Below, in pieces: positions 38,187 to 51,286 of a stretch of 64,000 nucleotides of DNA. The position numbers and the translations under genes are program-made. The notes beneath the pieces were generated by a model, which worked only from the letters and a program-made list of their open reading frames with translations, was not told where the DNA came from and did no database searches. The first letter of the stretch is position 1. The number at the start of each line of letters is the position of its first letter. The stretch is from NCBI GenBank assembly GCA_002269645.1, contig NIVC01001976.1:124001-188000 (forward strand), in the 5' to 3' direction. The stretch is from Macrostomum lignano. Its lineage: Eukaryota.

Positions 38187-38766
38187 AGCCTGACAGCTAC
38201 CTCATGAACATTCACTGACTGACAGCCTGACATCTGTTTTATGAACATTCACTGACTGACAGCCTGACAGCTCCCTAATGAACATTCAGTGACTGACAGC
38301 CTGACAGCTCCCTAATGAACATTCAGTGACTGACAGCCTGACAGCTCCCTCATGAACATTCAGTGACTGACAGCCTGACAGCTCCCTAATGAACATTCAG
38401 TGACTGACAGCCTGACAGCTCCCTCATGAACATTCAGTGACTGACAGCCTGACAGCTCCCTCATGAACATTCAGTGACTGACAGCCTGACAGCTCCCTCA
38501 TGAACATTCAGTGACTGACAGCCTGACAGCTCCCTCATGAACATTCAGTGACTGACAGCCTGACAGCTCCCTCATGAACATTCAGTGACTGACAGCCTGA
38601 CAGCTCCCTCATGAACATTCAGTGACTGACAGCCTGACAGCTCCCTCATGAACATTCAGTGACTGACAGCCTGACAGCTCCCTCATGAACATTCACTGAC
38701 TGACAGCCTGACATCTCCCTCATGAACATTCAGTGACTGACAGCCTGACATCTCTTTTATGAACAT
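38187..38766. repeat. Satellite A (37 bp), about 15 copies
   Basis: Direct reading. Confidence 0.95.
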
Positions 38767-39471
38767 CAGCTCCGTCATGAAATTTTATTTTGTTTTTTAT
38801 TTCTGTTTCATATTTGTCAGAAAACGATATGAATGATAAAATTCCCTAATGTGTACTTCTGCACTAGAAGGTTTATATTATGTTTACCTGATTGTTACAG
38901 TTCGAAAATAGATTTGAAAATAATGGAAGAATTCGTGCATGAAGTCTCGAAATTTTCGACTTTTGCCCATAATGCTGCCTTTAAAGTGCGGCAAAGAGTT
39001 TTTTGGTTAAGGAAACTAAATTTGATTTTTTACGGCGGCACAACACGAGGATTGCATTGAATTCCGAATATAATATGATAATGATAAACCAAATCACAGG
39101 CAGATCCCTAAAGACAACAATAACACAAAACACATGGAACGCTGCGGGTCAAAAAAGGTCAGCCAGCACTTCATCAGCCAGCAGGCAGTCGACGAATCGC
39201 CTGTGGCTGCCTGCAGCGTCAACAGCAGCACCTCCTGAACTTCCGGCTGTGGGTGGCCACTCAACGCGGATGACTCGCTCTGAAGCATCTGAAGTGCAGC
39301 AGCCAGCGCCGCATCAGGCTGCGGTTCGAGCGAGTCCGTCAGAGTCCTGCGCTCGGCGTTGCCTGAGCTGCGCCGCCCTCTGACGGTCAGGCAAGGCTTC
39401 GGACTGCAGGGCCGCCCTCACACAGCCACAGGCAGCCATCATCTGTATTGATCTTCACGGACATCAGAAAC

Positions 39472-40573
39472 CACTGACTCATCTGTATTGGCGCCACTGA
39501 CTCATCTGTATTGGCGCCACTGACTCATCTGTATTGGCGCCACTGACTCATCTGTATGGCGCCACTGACTCATCTGTATCGGCGCCACTGACTCATCTGT
39601 ATTGGCGCCACTGACTCATCTGTATTGGCGCTACTGACTCATCTGTATTGGCGCCACTGACTCATCTGTATTGGCGCCACTGACTCATCTGTATTGGCGC
39701 TACTGACTCATCTGTATTGGCGCCACTGACTCATCTGTATTGGCGCCACTGACTCATCTGTATGGCGCCACTGACTCATCTGTATCGGCGCCACTGACTC
39801 ATCTGTATTGGCGCCACTGACTCATCTGTATTGGCGCCACTGACTCATCTGTATTGGCGCCACTGACTCATCTGTATTGGCGCCACTGACTCATCTGTAT
39901 TGGCGCTACTGACTCATCTGTATTGGCGCCACTGACTCATCTGTATTGGCGCCACTGACTCATCTGTATGGCGCCACTGACTCATCTGTATCGGCGCCAC
40001 TGACTCATCTGTATTGGCGCCACTGACTCATCTGTATTGGCGCCACTGACTCATCTGTATTGGCGCTACTGACTCATCTGTATTGGCGCCACTGACTCAT
40101 CTGTATTGGCGCTACTGACTCATCTGTATTGGCGCCACTGACTCATCTGTATTGGCGTCACTGACTCATCTGTATGGCGCCACTGACTCATCTGTATTGG
40201 CGCTACTGACTCATCTGTATTGGCGCCACTGACTCATCTGTATTGGCGCCACTGACTCATCTGTATTGGCGCCACTGACTCATCTGTATTGGCGCTACTG
40301 ACTCATCTGTATTGGCGCCACTGACTCATCTGTATTGGCGTCACTGACTCATCTGTATGGCGCCACTGACTCATCTGTATCGGCGCCACTGACTCATCTG
40401 TATCGGCGCCACTGACTCATCTGTATCCGGTTGCTAAGGAAATCATCAAGCTAATCCGTTTGCTAAGGAAATCATCAAGCTTATCCGGTTGCTAAGGAAA
40501 TCAAGCTTATCCAGTTGCTATGGAAGTCATCAAGCTGATCCGGTTGCTAGGGAAATCCTGTTTCTATAGCAAC
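39472..40573. repeat. Satellite B (23 bp, about 41 copies, to 40426) directly fused to satellite C (29 bp, 4-5 copies)
   Basis: Direct reading; the unique segment separating B and C in spacer 1 is absent here. Confidence 0.93.
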
Positions 40574-41481
40574 GCTGCGTAAATCGAAAGCTGGTAATGC
40601 TTCTTAGAAACATTGCTCAAACCCGAACAATTCTGCAACCCAGCTTCATTCCCCTGCATCATTCACAACCAGAAATTCGAACCAATGAACGATATGAGCC
40701 ATAAGAAAATGCTCATAACTTTAGGAACAGGGATGGTCAAGGGCACCTGCTCGTGTCACCTGGCCGAGGCTGGACGGCAACGAGAGGACCCGATGAGAGC
40801 CTGGAGCGAGGGGACCAAAGTCAAGAAGTTGGCCCTAACATTGCGGACGCCAGCCTCTGTCAAAGACACCCACCGCAGCTCGGCTCGCACCAGCAGCAGC
40901 ATCAAGGATCTCAGCAGTGCGTACATCAGCAATGAGCCGATCAGCCCAGGACAGCAAGACCAGCTCAGCAGGAGTTCATTGTGCTTCCCATGCTCAATTG
41001 TTTGCACAAGTGAAAGTTAGAAAAGCTCAGCAGGAGTTCATTGTGCTTCCCATGCTCAACTGTGTGCACAAGTGAAAGTTAGAAAAGGTCAGCAGGAGTT
41101 CATTGTGCTTCCCATGCTCAACTGTGTGCACAAGTGAAAGTTGGAAAAGTTCAGCCGAATGAAGCTGGTTTGCACTGAGAACGTCTGGTTCTCACGGAAA
41201 CTGCTGAGACCAGCGCCCCGGATCTGCGACAGCTGCGACTCTGGTGGAGCTGCCGGAGGATGCAGGACGGCCGGGTCAGATCAGGCCGTGTTGCCATGGA
41301 ACTGGCTTGCAGGCGTCCAAACTTTCTCACCAAATAAAATTGCCAGGCCTTCTTGCTATTGCTATTGAAAGCAAAAACACATTTAGCCACCTGTACTGAC
41401 CGAAAATAAACCTCTTATAAACTGCCAGCCTTATTCAAATGCAAATCTCACATCTGACACCCAACTTTTACTCGGACCAGG

Positions 41482-42020
41482 CAACCCCCCTAGCAACCTG
41501 ATCAGGGATTCCTCTAGCAACCTAATCAGGGATTCCCCTAGCAACCTGATCAGGGATTCCTCTAGCAACCTGATCAGAGATTCCCCTTGCAACCTGATCT
41601 GTGATTCCCTAACAACCTGATCCGGGATTCCCTAACAACCTGATCCGGGATTCCCCTAGCAATCTGATCTGGGATTCCCTAGCAACCTGATCTGGGATTC
41701 CCTAACAACCTGATCCGGGATTCCCCTAACAACCTGATCTGGGATTCCCTAGCAACCTGATCTGGGATTCCCTAACAACCTGATCCGGGATTCCCTAACA
41801 ACCTGATCCGGGATTCCCCTAGCAATCTGATCCGCGATTCCCCTAGCAACCTGATTAAGGATTCCCCTAGCAACCTGATCAGGGATCCCCTATTAACCTG
41901 ATCCGCGACTCTCCTAGCAACGTGATCAAAGATTCCCCAAGCAACCCTATTAGGGATTCCCCAAGCAACCCTATTAAGGATTCCCCTAGCAACCCGATCA
42001 AGGATTCCTCTAGCAACGCG
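41482..42020. repeat. Satellite D (24-25 bp), about 21 copies
   Basis: Direct reading. Confidence 0.92.
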
Positions 42021-42694
42021 ATCTGCTAATTATAGACATGTTTGATTGGCAGTCAATGAATTTCTCTAGTATTCGGTTTTCGTGTTCTCGCTCATACACA
42101 CAATCACACAGGGTGCACAGAGGCCCGGACTGTCTAATCGGCAGGCATGTACACTCTCTGTGGCCTGGGGGTTGGCGGTACACGAGCTGCAACTCCATCA
42201 ATATTTAGTCACTACTGACTACTGCTTTTTAAGATTGTTAGTAGTAGGTAAGGAGAATGCTCAGCATAATTAACATTTAATAACTTTATATTATGATGCG
42301 AGGTGTATTGACAAAAATAATAAAACATCTTCATGCACGGGCGTGGAGGTTCCGCCTCTCCTGCGACTCTCCGCCTCGCTTCTCATTCCTTCCCGAGTTC
42401 ACGCAGACTCTGCTCTCGTGAGATGCTGCTCAGCTGTGGCAAACCCAGACGGTGTCGGCATGTCGACCAGGTGAAGCCTTGGCGGTCTAAACGACTAAAG
42501 GCTGGGGATTCCAGCTGCGTGTTTGTTGCATCAAGCTCCGGGTTTTCTGATTGGTCGAGCCCGGGATGACCAGCTCGACTCTGATTGGCTGAGCTCGAAA
42601 CTCTGAAATCCTCTCGACCTTTGAGACCCCATTGGACTTGGCAGGTGCGAGCATAAATCATAAAAATGGGTAAGGCTAGCCAACAAGATGAAAG

Positions 42695-43643
42695 ATAGGT
42701 GATCATATATCAACTGTGACAGGTAGGTGATCATATATCTAATTTGACAGGTAGGTGATCATATATCAAATGTGACAGGTAGGTGATCATATATCAAATG
42801 TGACAGGTAGGTGATCATATATCGACAGATAAGCCACTCAACAAAAGTAGATACCACAGAAACCATTGACTCTTATTGACCCCATTGACCCCATTGACCC
42901 CATTGACCCCATCGACCTCATTGACCCCGTTGACCCCATCGACCTCATTGACCCCATTGACCCCATTGAGCCCCTTTGAGTGAGTCTTCAATGAGTGAGT
43001 CACCAATGTGGCCTCAGCTCACAGTCACCAATGAGTGAGTCACCAATCCGGCCTCAACTCACAGTCACCAATGAGTGAGTCACAAATCTGGCCTCAGCTC
43101 ACTCCAGTGCGCCAATTCCAGGCCGCTGCGGGCAGCAGGAAAAGGGCGCCAATGCCAGGCCACAGTGAAGGGGCAGCAGGAAAAGGGCGCCAATGCCAGG
43201 CCGCAATGCAGGGGCAGCAGGAAAAGGGCGCCAATGCCAGGCCGCAATGCAGGGGCAGCAGGAAAAGGGCGCCAATACCAGGCCGCAATGCAGGGGCAGC
43301 AGGAAAAGGGCGCCAATGCCAGGCCGCAGTGCAGGGGCAGCAGGAAAAGGGCGCCAATGCCAGGCCGCAGTGCAGGGGCAGCAGGAAAAGGGCGCCAATG
43401 CCAGGCCGCAGTGCAGGGGCAGCAGGAGAAGGGCGCCAATACCAGGCCGCAATGCAGGGGCAGCAGGAAAAGGGCGCCAATGCCAGGCCGCAGTGCAGGG
43501 GCAGCAGGAAAAGGGCGCCAATGCCAGGCCGCAATGCAGGGGCAGCAGGAAAAGGGCGCCAATGCCAGGCCGCAGTGCAGGGGCAGCAGGAAAAGGGCGC
43601 CAATGCCAGGCCGCAGTGCAGGGGCAGCAGGAGAAGGGCGCAA
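42695..43643. repeat. Satellites E, F, G and H of spacer 2
   Basis: Same monomers and order as 22198-23278. Confidence 0.92.
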
Positions 43644-46600
43644 TGGCTGCGGTGCAGAGGCTGCATTTGAGCGCCGGTCCTCAGCGGCTGTCCTGGCGGG
43701 GTCGCCAGAAGGGCAGCTCAAAACTTCAGTGCTTCCTCAGCTCAGCCCAGTGGATTCGCCCCTGCTGCAAAATGGCTGAGTGCCGCACTGCTCAAACTCA
43801 AACTGCTGCAGGATGGTGGAAGCAAGAGGAGAGCAAATGCTGTGTGTGGCAGGTGGGCGAGCGGTCAGCCCTGGCAACACGGGAGACATAGGAGCGGTCA
43901 GAACAAAAAAGTGTTCTGCATCACAAATTTTCATGGTTGGGTTTTATAACATAGTGAAAATATTTTCTTTGAAACTTCCCCTACCATAAACACTGAGCTC
44001 GTGCTCAGTTTCCACTGAAACTCAGTTGTGTTATGTAGTATTGTGAGCAGACAGTCAGCTGCCTCCGCCAATATTTACAAGCTGCTCTTTGGAAACGAAC
44101 CGGCCTGGGCCGCCTAAGCCTTCCACGTCTGCTGCGCTCCCCGCGGCCAGCTTATCCATTGTTTTGGGGTGGACCAGAGGTTCCGCTTTCCAATGTGCGT
44201 TTCAGCCCCACTTCTGCCAGTACGCAGCCAAGTTCTACTCAATTGTCTGAGGGTAGGGATTACCTGCAGTTGCCCTGTCAGCCATCCGGATGTACGGGAA
44301 TGAATTTCTGTGACGGCTGCGTAAGCTCCGTTTCCCTCCCGGCCTTCCCTCCAGCTCTCCCCTGCATTGTTTGGTCTTCCTACCTCTGACCCTCTGTCTC
44401 TTCATTTCATCTCAAGTACCGTGTTTGCTTGCTGCAGAGCCTCCTGTCTGCTTTTGCAAGTTCCGCCTTCTCTGCAAACTGCGAGTCTCTGCCTGCCGCT
44501 CCATCTGCAGATTGACGAGTTCAAAATCATAACTGGCAATCGGTGAGTCCTTCTCTGCCCTGCTTCAGTCTGCTGGGCTGGCATTGAAGTGAGCTGTCAG
44601 TTAGGCTTGCGATTAGGCTGGGAAAATGTGCTGACGCCCCCGGCGCTAACGAAGCCGTCACAGCCTCACAGTCACTTCAATATGGGGCCGGATGATTAGC
44701 AGAAGCTGACTGACCATCTCACATTCTTACAGATAACTGATAACCCAATTAACTGTTTAAATTGGTGCCACTTGAAACAACAGCGATTATAACAAAGGAT
44801 AATAATAATTAGAGACACGCAGACGATATACTACTGCCAGTAGGGTGAGGCGTCACTTTGAACAGCCGGTCAGGTCGCTTGTAAATATGAATAAAAAACA
44901 GAGCTGGCAGTGGGAGAAGCCCGGACCGGTGCGGCAGGCTTTGAGACTCGCCGCACAGCAGGGGGCCGGCAGGTTGCATTTCTAACAGGCAACAGCACAC
45001 TGTAACACCCTGATTCTGTGATATTGTGCATGACTGTCGATTTGTCGACGGTATTGTCTGTGTCTGCTGTCTACAACTGGATGATATTGTATTTTTCGAG
45101 CCATTAAATTTCTTCTCAGTCCTCAAAACGAGGACTCAGAAACGATAGGTTGAGGACTCAGAAAGAAACGATTTTAGGACTTAAACGATTCAATCGTCTC
45201 ATACGAGTAGAAGCAAGATGAATACAAATGTGCAACAACGAGGCAAAAAGTAGTTAAAAGTGGAAAACAATTGTCCAAAAGTTCATCACATTAAGAGCGT
45301 ATTAACTCTGTAAATGTAGACAGTCACTCCCATGCAACAGCTGAATTAAAGCATTGCACTTGCTCCCATCCTGTTTGCGCTTTTCGAAAAAGAATCGCCT
45401 CAGAAGATATTTCCAACTGCCTCGACTCGGTTCTTCAATCGGTTTGGAGACAAGTGCTTTGGTTTCACCTTGCTAATCTGTGCAATCTCATGAGGTCACA
45501 CAAATTGTTAAGATGAGGAGCCAGCACTGAATGTATGACTCTGACTGACTCTCTATGCTAGTCTGGCCAAAATGAGATGGCCATATGCGTTTCCAACCCT
45601 CTTCTCCTGCCAATGCGCTGTCAAATTGTACTCATTGGTGTGCGGGCAGGGCCTTCTTTCCTGTGCTCTGTGCTTGCACCATCAGCCCTCCTGTCGTGCG
45701 GGAATGACTTTCTGTGACGGCTTTGTACGCTCGTTTCGACAAGCGCTCACTCTGCTGTGCATTTCTGTGCTTTGCTTGACTTTTGGCTTGCCATTCTCTT
45801 CCAGATTGCTTTCCAACCAGCGTTCAATACCTCTGTAGCAGCCCACCATAATTTATTTGGTCTCTTATTTTTCCACAAGTACCGTGTTTGGTTATTGCAG
45901 AGCGCCCTTTCTGCTTTTGAGAGTTGTGCTTTCTCTGCGAGTCTCTGCTGCCAGAAGCCTTGCGAGTTCAGAACTGGCCATCGGTGAGTCCTGCACTGCC
46001 CTGCTGCAGTCTGCTGTGTTGGCGTTGGAGTAAGCTGTCGATTTCCCACTCACTGAATCCTTTACTCTAAATTCACAGACTGGCTTCTCCTTCTGTTCTC
46101 CCTCCTTCTTCCCCTCTTCTTTCCCCTGTTTTTCTCGCTCCCCTCTTTTTCCCTCGAGTTCAGGTTTACTCTGGGCTGAGACCTGACCACTGTGACTACT
46201 TACACTGCTCAGTAGGAGAGATTTTAAGATCTCAGACTGCACTGAGGCCCAATGGGTCAGCTCAGCCTCATCAAGTACAGCTTGGCGTGGCCGCTGCAAC
46301 CGCAGACTCTCCGTTGCCATGCTGGGTGCACAGAGGCGAAGGCGGCGACTCAGCGCTCATGCTCGGGAGAGAAGTTTCGGCTGCTCAGGCCGGGGTGGTC
46401 GGCCTCGCATGAGACTACAGAGTGTGGGCAGCTGAGAGACTTTGGCAACCTGCTGCACAAACGTTTGAAATGCATGCCTCTCTGACTGCAGCCGTGACTG
46501 ACATCTGCCACTCTGACAACATCTAGGAATCATTAGGTATTCCCTTCACAAGTCTTCAAAATCACGACGCCACCCTTTTTCTCTCTGACCGTTTCTCTAA

Positions 46601-46683
46601 ATCCATTAAAGTACTCGTAAAAAACCAGGAGAAAACTATTTACGTACCTTCTAGATGAAGCACGCACCAGCGCACCAAGCGAA

Positions 46684-49641
46684 ATGAGCCAACAAATCAG
46701 TGCCGATGAGGCCGCCAAGACAGGAAATATCCAGGCACTCAAACATCATCTGGACCTTCAGAGAGAAACAAACAGGATATATCTTTTTTGCAAAAGCTAT
46801 TCTAAACTTGCCGCAAGAAAGGGTCAGTTAGACGTGGTCAAGTTTCTCGTGTCTAAAGTCACTGACCAAACAAACAGAGATCAGTGCTGCATCGAGGCTG
46901 CAGAATCTGCTGCATACAATGATCAGTGGAAAGTCATCAAGTTTCTCGTGCCTGAAGTCGCTGACCAAACAAAAAGAGATCAGTGCTGCATCGAGGCTGC
47001 CACATCTGCTGCATACAATGGTCAGTTAGAAGTGGTCAAGTTTCTCGTGCCGAAAGTCGCTGACCAAACAAAAAGAGATCAGTGCTGCATCAAGGCTGCC
47101 AAATCTGCTGCATACAATAGTCAGTTAGAACTGGTCAAGTTTCTCGTGCCGAAAGTCGCTGACCAAACAAAAAGAGATCAGTGCTGCATCGAGGCTGCCA
47201 AATCTGCTGCAGTCGAGGGTCACTTAGAAGTCGTCAAGTTTCTCGTGCCGACAGTCGCTGACCCAACAAAAAGAGATCAGTGCTGCATCGAGGCTGCAGA
47301 ATCTGCTGCTGACAATGATCAGTGGGGAGTCGTCAAGTTTCTCGTGCCGACAGTCGCTGACCAAACAAAAAGAGATCAGTGCTGCATCGAAGCTGCCACA
47401 TCTGCTGCATACAATGATCACTGGGAAGTCGTTAAGTTTCTCGTGTGGATAGTCGCTGACCAGACAAAAAGAGATCAGTGCTGCATCGAGGCTGCCAAAT
47501 CTGCTGCATACAATGGTCAGTTAAAAGTGGTCAAGTTTCTCGTGCCGAAAGTCGCTGACCAAACAAAAAGAGATCAGTGCTGCATCGAGGCTGCCAAATC
47601 TGCTGCAGTCGAGGGTCACTTAGAAGTCGTCAAGTTTCTCGTGCCGACAGTCGCTGACCCAACAAAAAGAGATCAGTGCTGCATCGAGGCTGCAGAATCT
47701 GCTGCTGACAATGATCAGTGGGAGTCGTCAAGTTTCTCGTGCGACAGTCGCTGACCAAACAAAAAGAGATCAGTGCTGCATCGAAGCTGCCACATCTGCT
47801 GCATACAATGATCACTGGGAAGTCGTTAAGTTTCTCGTGTGGATAGTCGCTGACCAGACAAAAAGAGATCAGTGCTGCATCGAGGCTGCCAAATCTGCTG
47901 CATACAATGGTCAGTTAAAAGTGGTCAAGTTTCTCGTGCCGAAAGTCGCTGACCAAACAAAAAGAGATCAGTGCTGCATCAAGGCTGCAATATCTGCTGC
48001 AGTCAAGGGTCACTTAGAAGTCGTCAAGTTTCTCGTAGCGATAGTCGCTAACCAGACAAAAAGAGATCAGTGCTGCATCGAGGCTGCAAAATCTGCTGCA
48101 TACAATGGTCAGTTAGAAGTGGTCAAGTTTCTCGTGCCGAAAGTCGCTGACCAAACAAAAAGAGATCAGTGCTGCATCAAGGCTGCAATATCTGCTGCAG
48201 TCAAGGGTCACTTAGAAGTCGTCAAGTTTCTCGTGGCGATAGTCGCTGACCAAACAAAAAGAGATCAGTGCTGCATCGAGGCTGCAGAATGTGCTGCATA
48301 CAATGGTCAGTTAGAAGTGGTCAAGTTTCTCGTGCCGAAAGTCGCTGACCAAACAAAGAGAGATCAGTGCTGCACCGAGGCTGCAAAATGTGCTGCATAC
48401 AATGGTCACTTAGAAGTCGTCAAGTTTCTCGTGCCGAAAGTCGCTGACCAAACAAAAAGAGATCAGTGCTGCATCAAGGCTGCCAAATCTGCTGCAAGAA
48501 ATGGTCAGTGGGAATTCGTTAAGTTTCTCGTGCCGACAGTCGCTGACCAAACAAAAAGAGATCAGTGCTGCATCGAGGCTGCCAAATCTGCTGCATACAA
48601 TAGTCAGTTAGAACTGGTCAAGTTTCTCGTGCCGAAAGTCGCTGACCAAACAAAAAGAGATCAGTGCTGCATCGAGGCTGCCAAATCTGCTGCAGTCGAG
48701 GGTCACTTAGAAGTCGTCAAGTTTCTCGTGCCGACAGTCGCTGACCCAACAAAAAGAGATCAGTGCTGCATCGAGGCTGCAGAATCTGCTGCTGACAATG
48801 ATCAGTGGGGAGTCGTTAAGTTTCTCGTGCCGACAGTCGCTGACCAAACAAAAAGAGATCAGTGCTGCATCAAGGCTGCCAAATCTGCTGCTGACAATTA
48901 TAAGTGGGAAGTCGTTAAGTTTCTCGTGCCGATAGTCGCTGACCTGACAAAAAGAGATCAGTGCTGCATCGAGGCTGCCAAAACTGCTGCAAGCGAGGGT
49001 CAGTGGGAAGTCGTCAAGTTACTCATCTTGTGTCTCTCAAGTTCGGATAAGAGAGCGAATCTCCGTTTCCAATACGCAGTCCCGGCTTGCTCTCGTCTCC
49101 GCGAAGATGTCGTTGCCTCCCTCGGCCTTGAGCCCGACTGGCTCTTCCAATCCAGCACCATCCTCAGCTTTACTGCAGCAATGGCCATCGAAGGCAGGAA
49201 CTCTGTTCTCAACGACACACTCTCTCGTATGCAGCCAGCTCACATCACACAGCTGCTCCGTCTCTCCATCTCTCAAAGACACGTCGCACATGCTGTCGCA
49301 ATTGCTGTCACACTGATCAATGATGAGCGAGTCAGCACACAGCATGTCGATCTGCCAGACAGCACTGGAGCCACTGCTCTCATGCTGGCAGCTGATGCAG
49401 GTCATCACGAGCTCATTGAGAAACTCATCGATCTCGGTGCGTCAGTGTGTGCTGAAGACAGTCAGGGTCGGACTGCTCTGTCACGAGCGTGCGAAGCCGG
49501 TCACGTGCGAGCAGCCAAGGCTCTGAAGGACGGAGGAGCGGATGCGAGTCATCGAGACGGTCAGGGTCAGACGTGTGCGCAGGTGGCAGAGCGATTCGAG
49601 CGGTGGCAGGTGCTGCGGCTGCTGGATCCCATTGGAGCGGG
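46684..49641 (+). CDS. ANK-cGLR copy 3, exon 1 (23 variable ankyrin-like repeats); two 1-nt deletions at about 47721 and 47742 as assembled
   Basis: Strict 99-bp period; GG|gtgagt phase-2 donor. Restoring 2 nt gives a 4812-nt joined CDS (1603 aa). Confidence 0.85.
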
Positions 49642-49646
49642 GTGAG

Positions 49647-49846
49647 TGTTGGTCTAGGCAAAACTGAGCCAGGTCATGTTTGCATGCGAAGAAGACTACG
49701 ATTGAACAGAACCATGCTCACTGGCAAGCGCAAATGTACAAACTGTTAGGGGTAAAACGATAGCGCGCAAGAATGACCAGTCACGGGAGGGAGAGAGAGA
49801 GAAAGTGACAGTGAAACAACGTGAAAACTAAGGTACAACTCGAACA
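49647..49846. mobile_element. 200-bp solo LTR inserted in the exon-1 splice donor of copy 3
   Basis: TGTT...AACA termini; TSD GTGAG at 49642-49646 and 49847-49851; copies 1 and 2 show the empty site gtgagtgaggcg. Confidence 0.85.
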
Positions 49847-50397
49847 GTGAGTGAGGCGGGAATTTTGCGAACATCTTTTCATGATATTATCATTTTTTTA
49901 AGCTAAGCACAAGCAATCTGGAGCCCCCCTACGGGGTGCACACATGGACAATTCCTTCTTCTGTTTTATAAATCACCTTATTCGAGTAAAATTGTCACGG
50001 ACAAAGATGTTTCCTAAGAATCTCTATTTTGTGAAAGTAACAAAAATGCGAAAAATTACAACAAAATAACACAACAAAGATAACACGCATTTGTCTTAAT
50101 AGAATGAATAACTCAGACCGCAAGCATCCCCCAAATAGCAAGCATCCTCCGGTAGCATGCACCCCCTCCCTAGATAGCAAGTACCCCCCAGATGGAGAGC
50201 AACCCAGACACGAAGCATCCTACCCCCCCCCCCCCCAAGATGATAGAAAGCAACCCAGACAGCAAGCAATCCTACCCTCCCCCCCCCAAGATACAAAGCA
50301 TACGCCCCAGCAAGCACCCCCAAACAATAGCAAGCACCCCCAAAATACAATCTCAAGTATCCCCCAGATAGCATACCCCAAGATGGCAAGATTCTTA

Positions 50398-51283
50398 GCA
50401 ATAATCCTTGGTTTATCAAGTGCAGTAATCCTTGGTTCATCAAGTGCAGTAATTCTTGGTTCATCAAGTGCAGTAATTCTTGGTTTATCAAGTGCAGTAA
50501 TCCTTGGTTTATCAAGTGCAGTTCCTTGGTTTATCAAGTGCAATAATCCTTGTTTCATCAAGTGCAGTAATCCTTGGTTCATCAAGTGCAGTAATCCTTG
50601 GTTTATCAAGTGCAGTAATCCTTGGTTTATCAAGTGCAATAATCCTTGGTTTATCAAGTGCATTAATCCTTGGTTTATCAAGTGCAGTAATCCTTGGTTT
50701 ATCAAGTGCAATAATCCTTGGTTTATCAAGTGCAATAATCCTTGGTTTATCAAGTGCAGTAATCCTTGGTTTATCAAGTGCAGTAATCCTTGTTTCATCA
50801 AGTGCAGTAATCCTTGGTTCATCAAGTGCAGTAATCCTTGGTTTATCAAGTGCAATAATCCTTGGTTCATCAAGTGCAGTAATCCTTTGTTTATCAAGTG
50901 CAGTAATCCTTTGTTCATCAAGTGCAGTAATCCTTGTTTCATCAAGTGCAGTAATCCTTGGTTCATCAAGTGCAGTAATCCTTGGTTTATCAAGTGCAGT
51001 AATCCTTGTTTCATCAAGTGCAGTAATCCTTGGTTCATCAAGTGCAGTAATCCTTGGTTTATCAAGTGCAGTAATCCTTGTTTCATCAAGTGCAGTAATC
51101 CTTGGTTCATCAAGTGCAGTAATCCTTGGTTTATCAAGTGCAGTAATCCTTGGTTTATCAAGTGCAATAATCCTTGGTTTATCAAGTGCAGTAATCCTTG
51201 GTTTATCAAGTGCAGTAATCCTTGGTTCATCAAGTGCAGTAATCCTCGGTTTATCAAGTGCAGTAATCCTTGGTTTAGCAAGT
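50398..51283. repeat. 24-bp minisatellite ATCAAGTGCAGTAATCCTTGGTTT, about 37 copies
   Basis: Direct reading; source of the SNPWFIKC and GLLHLINQ ORFs. Confidence 0.95.
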
Positions 51284-51286
51284 TGA

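Noticed and set aside
46800-49020. TAL-effector-like DNA-binding repeats (33 aa, variable di-residue)
   Set aside because: The AAxxGHLEVVKFL pattern is ankyrin-type, not the TALE LTPxQVVAIAS consensus; the analogy is superficial.
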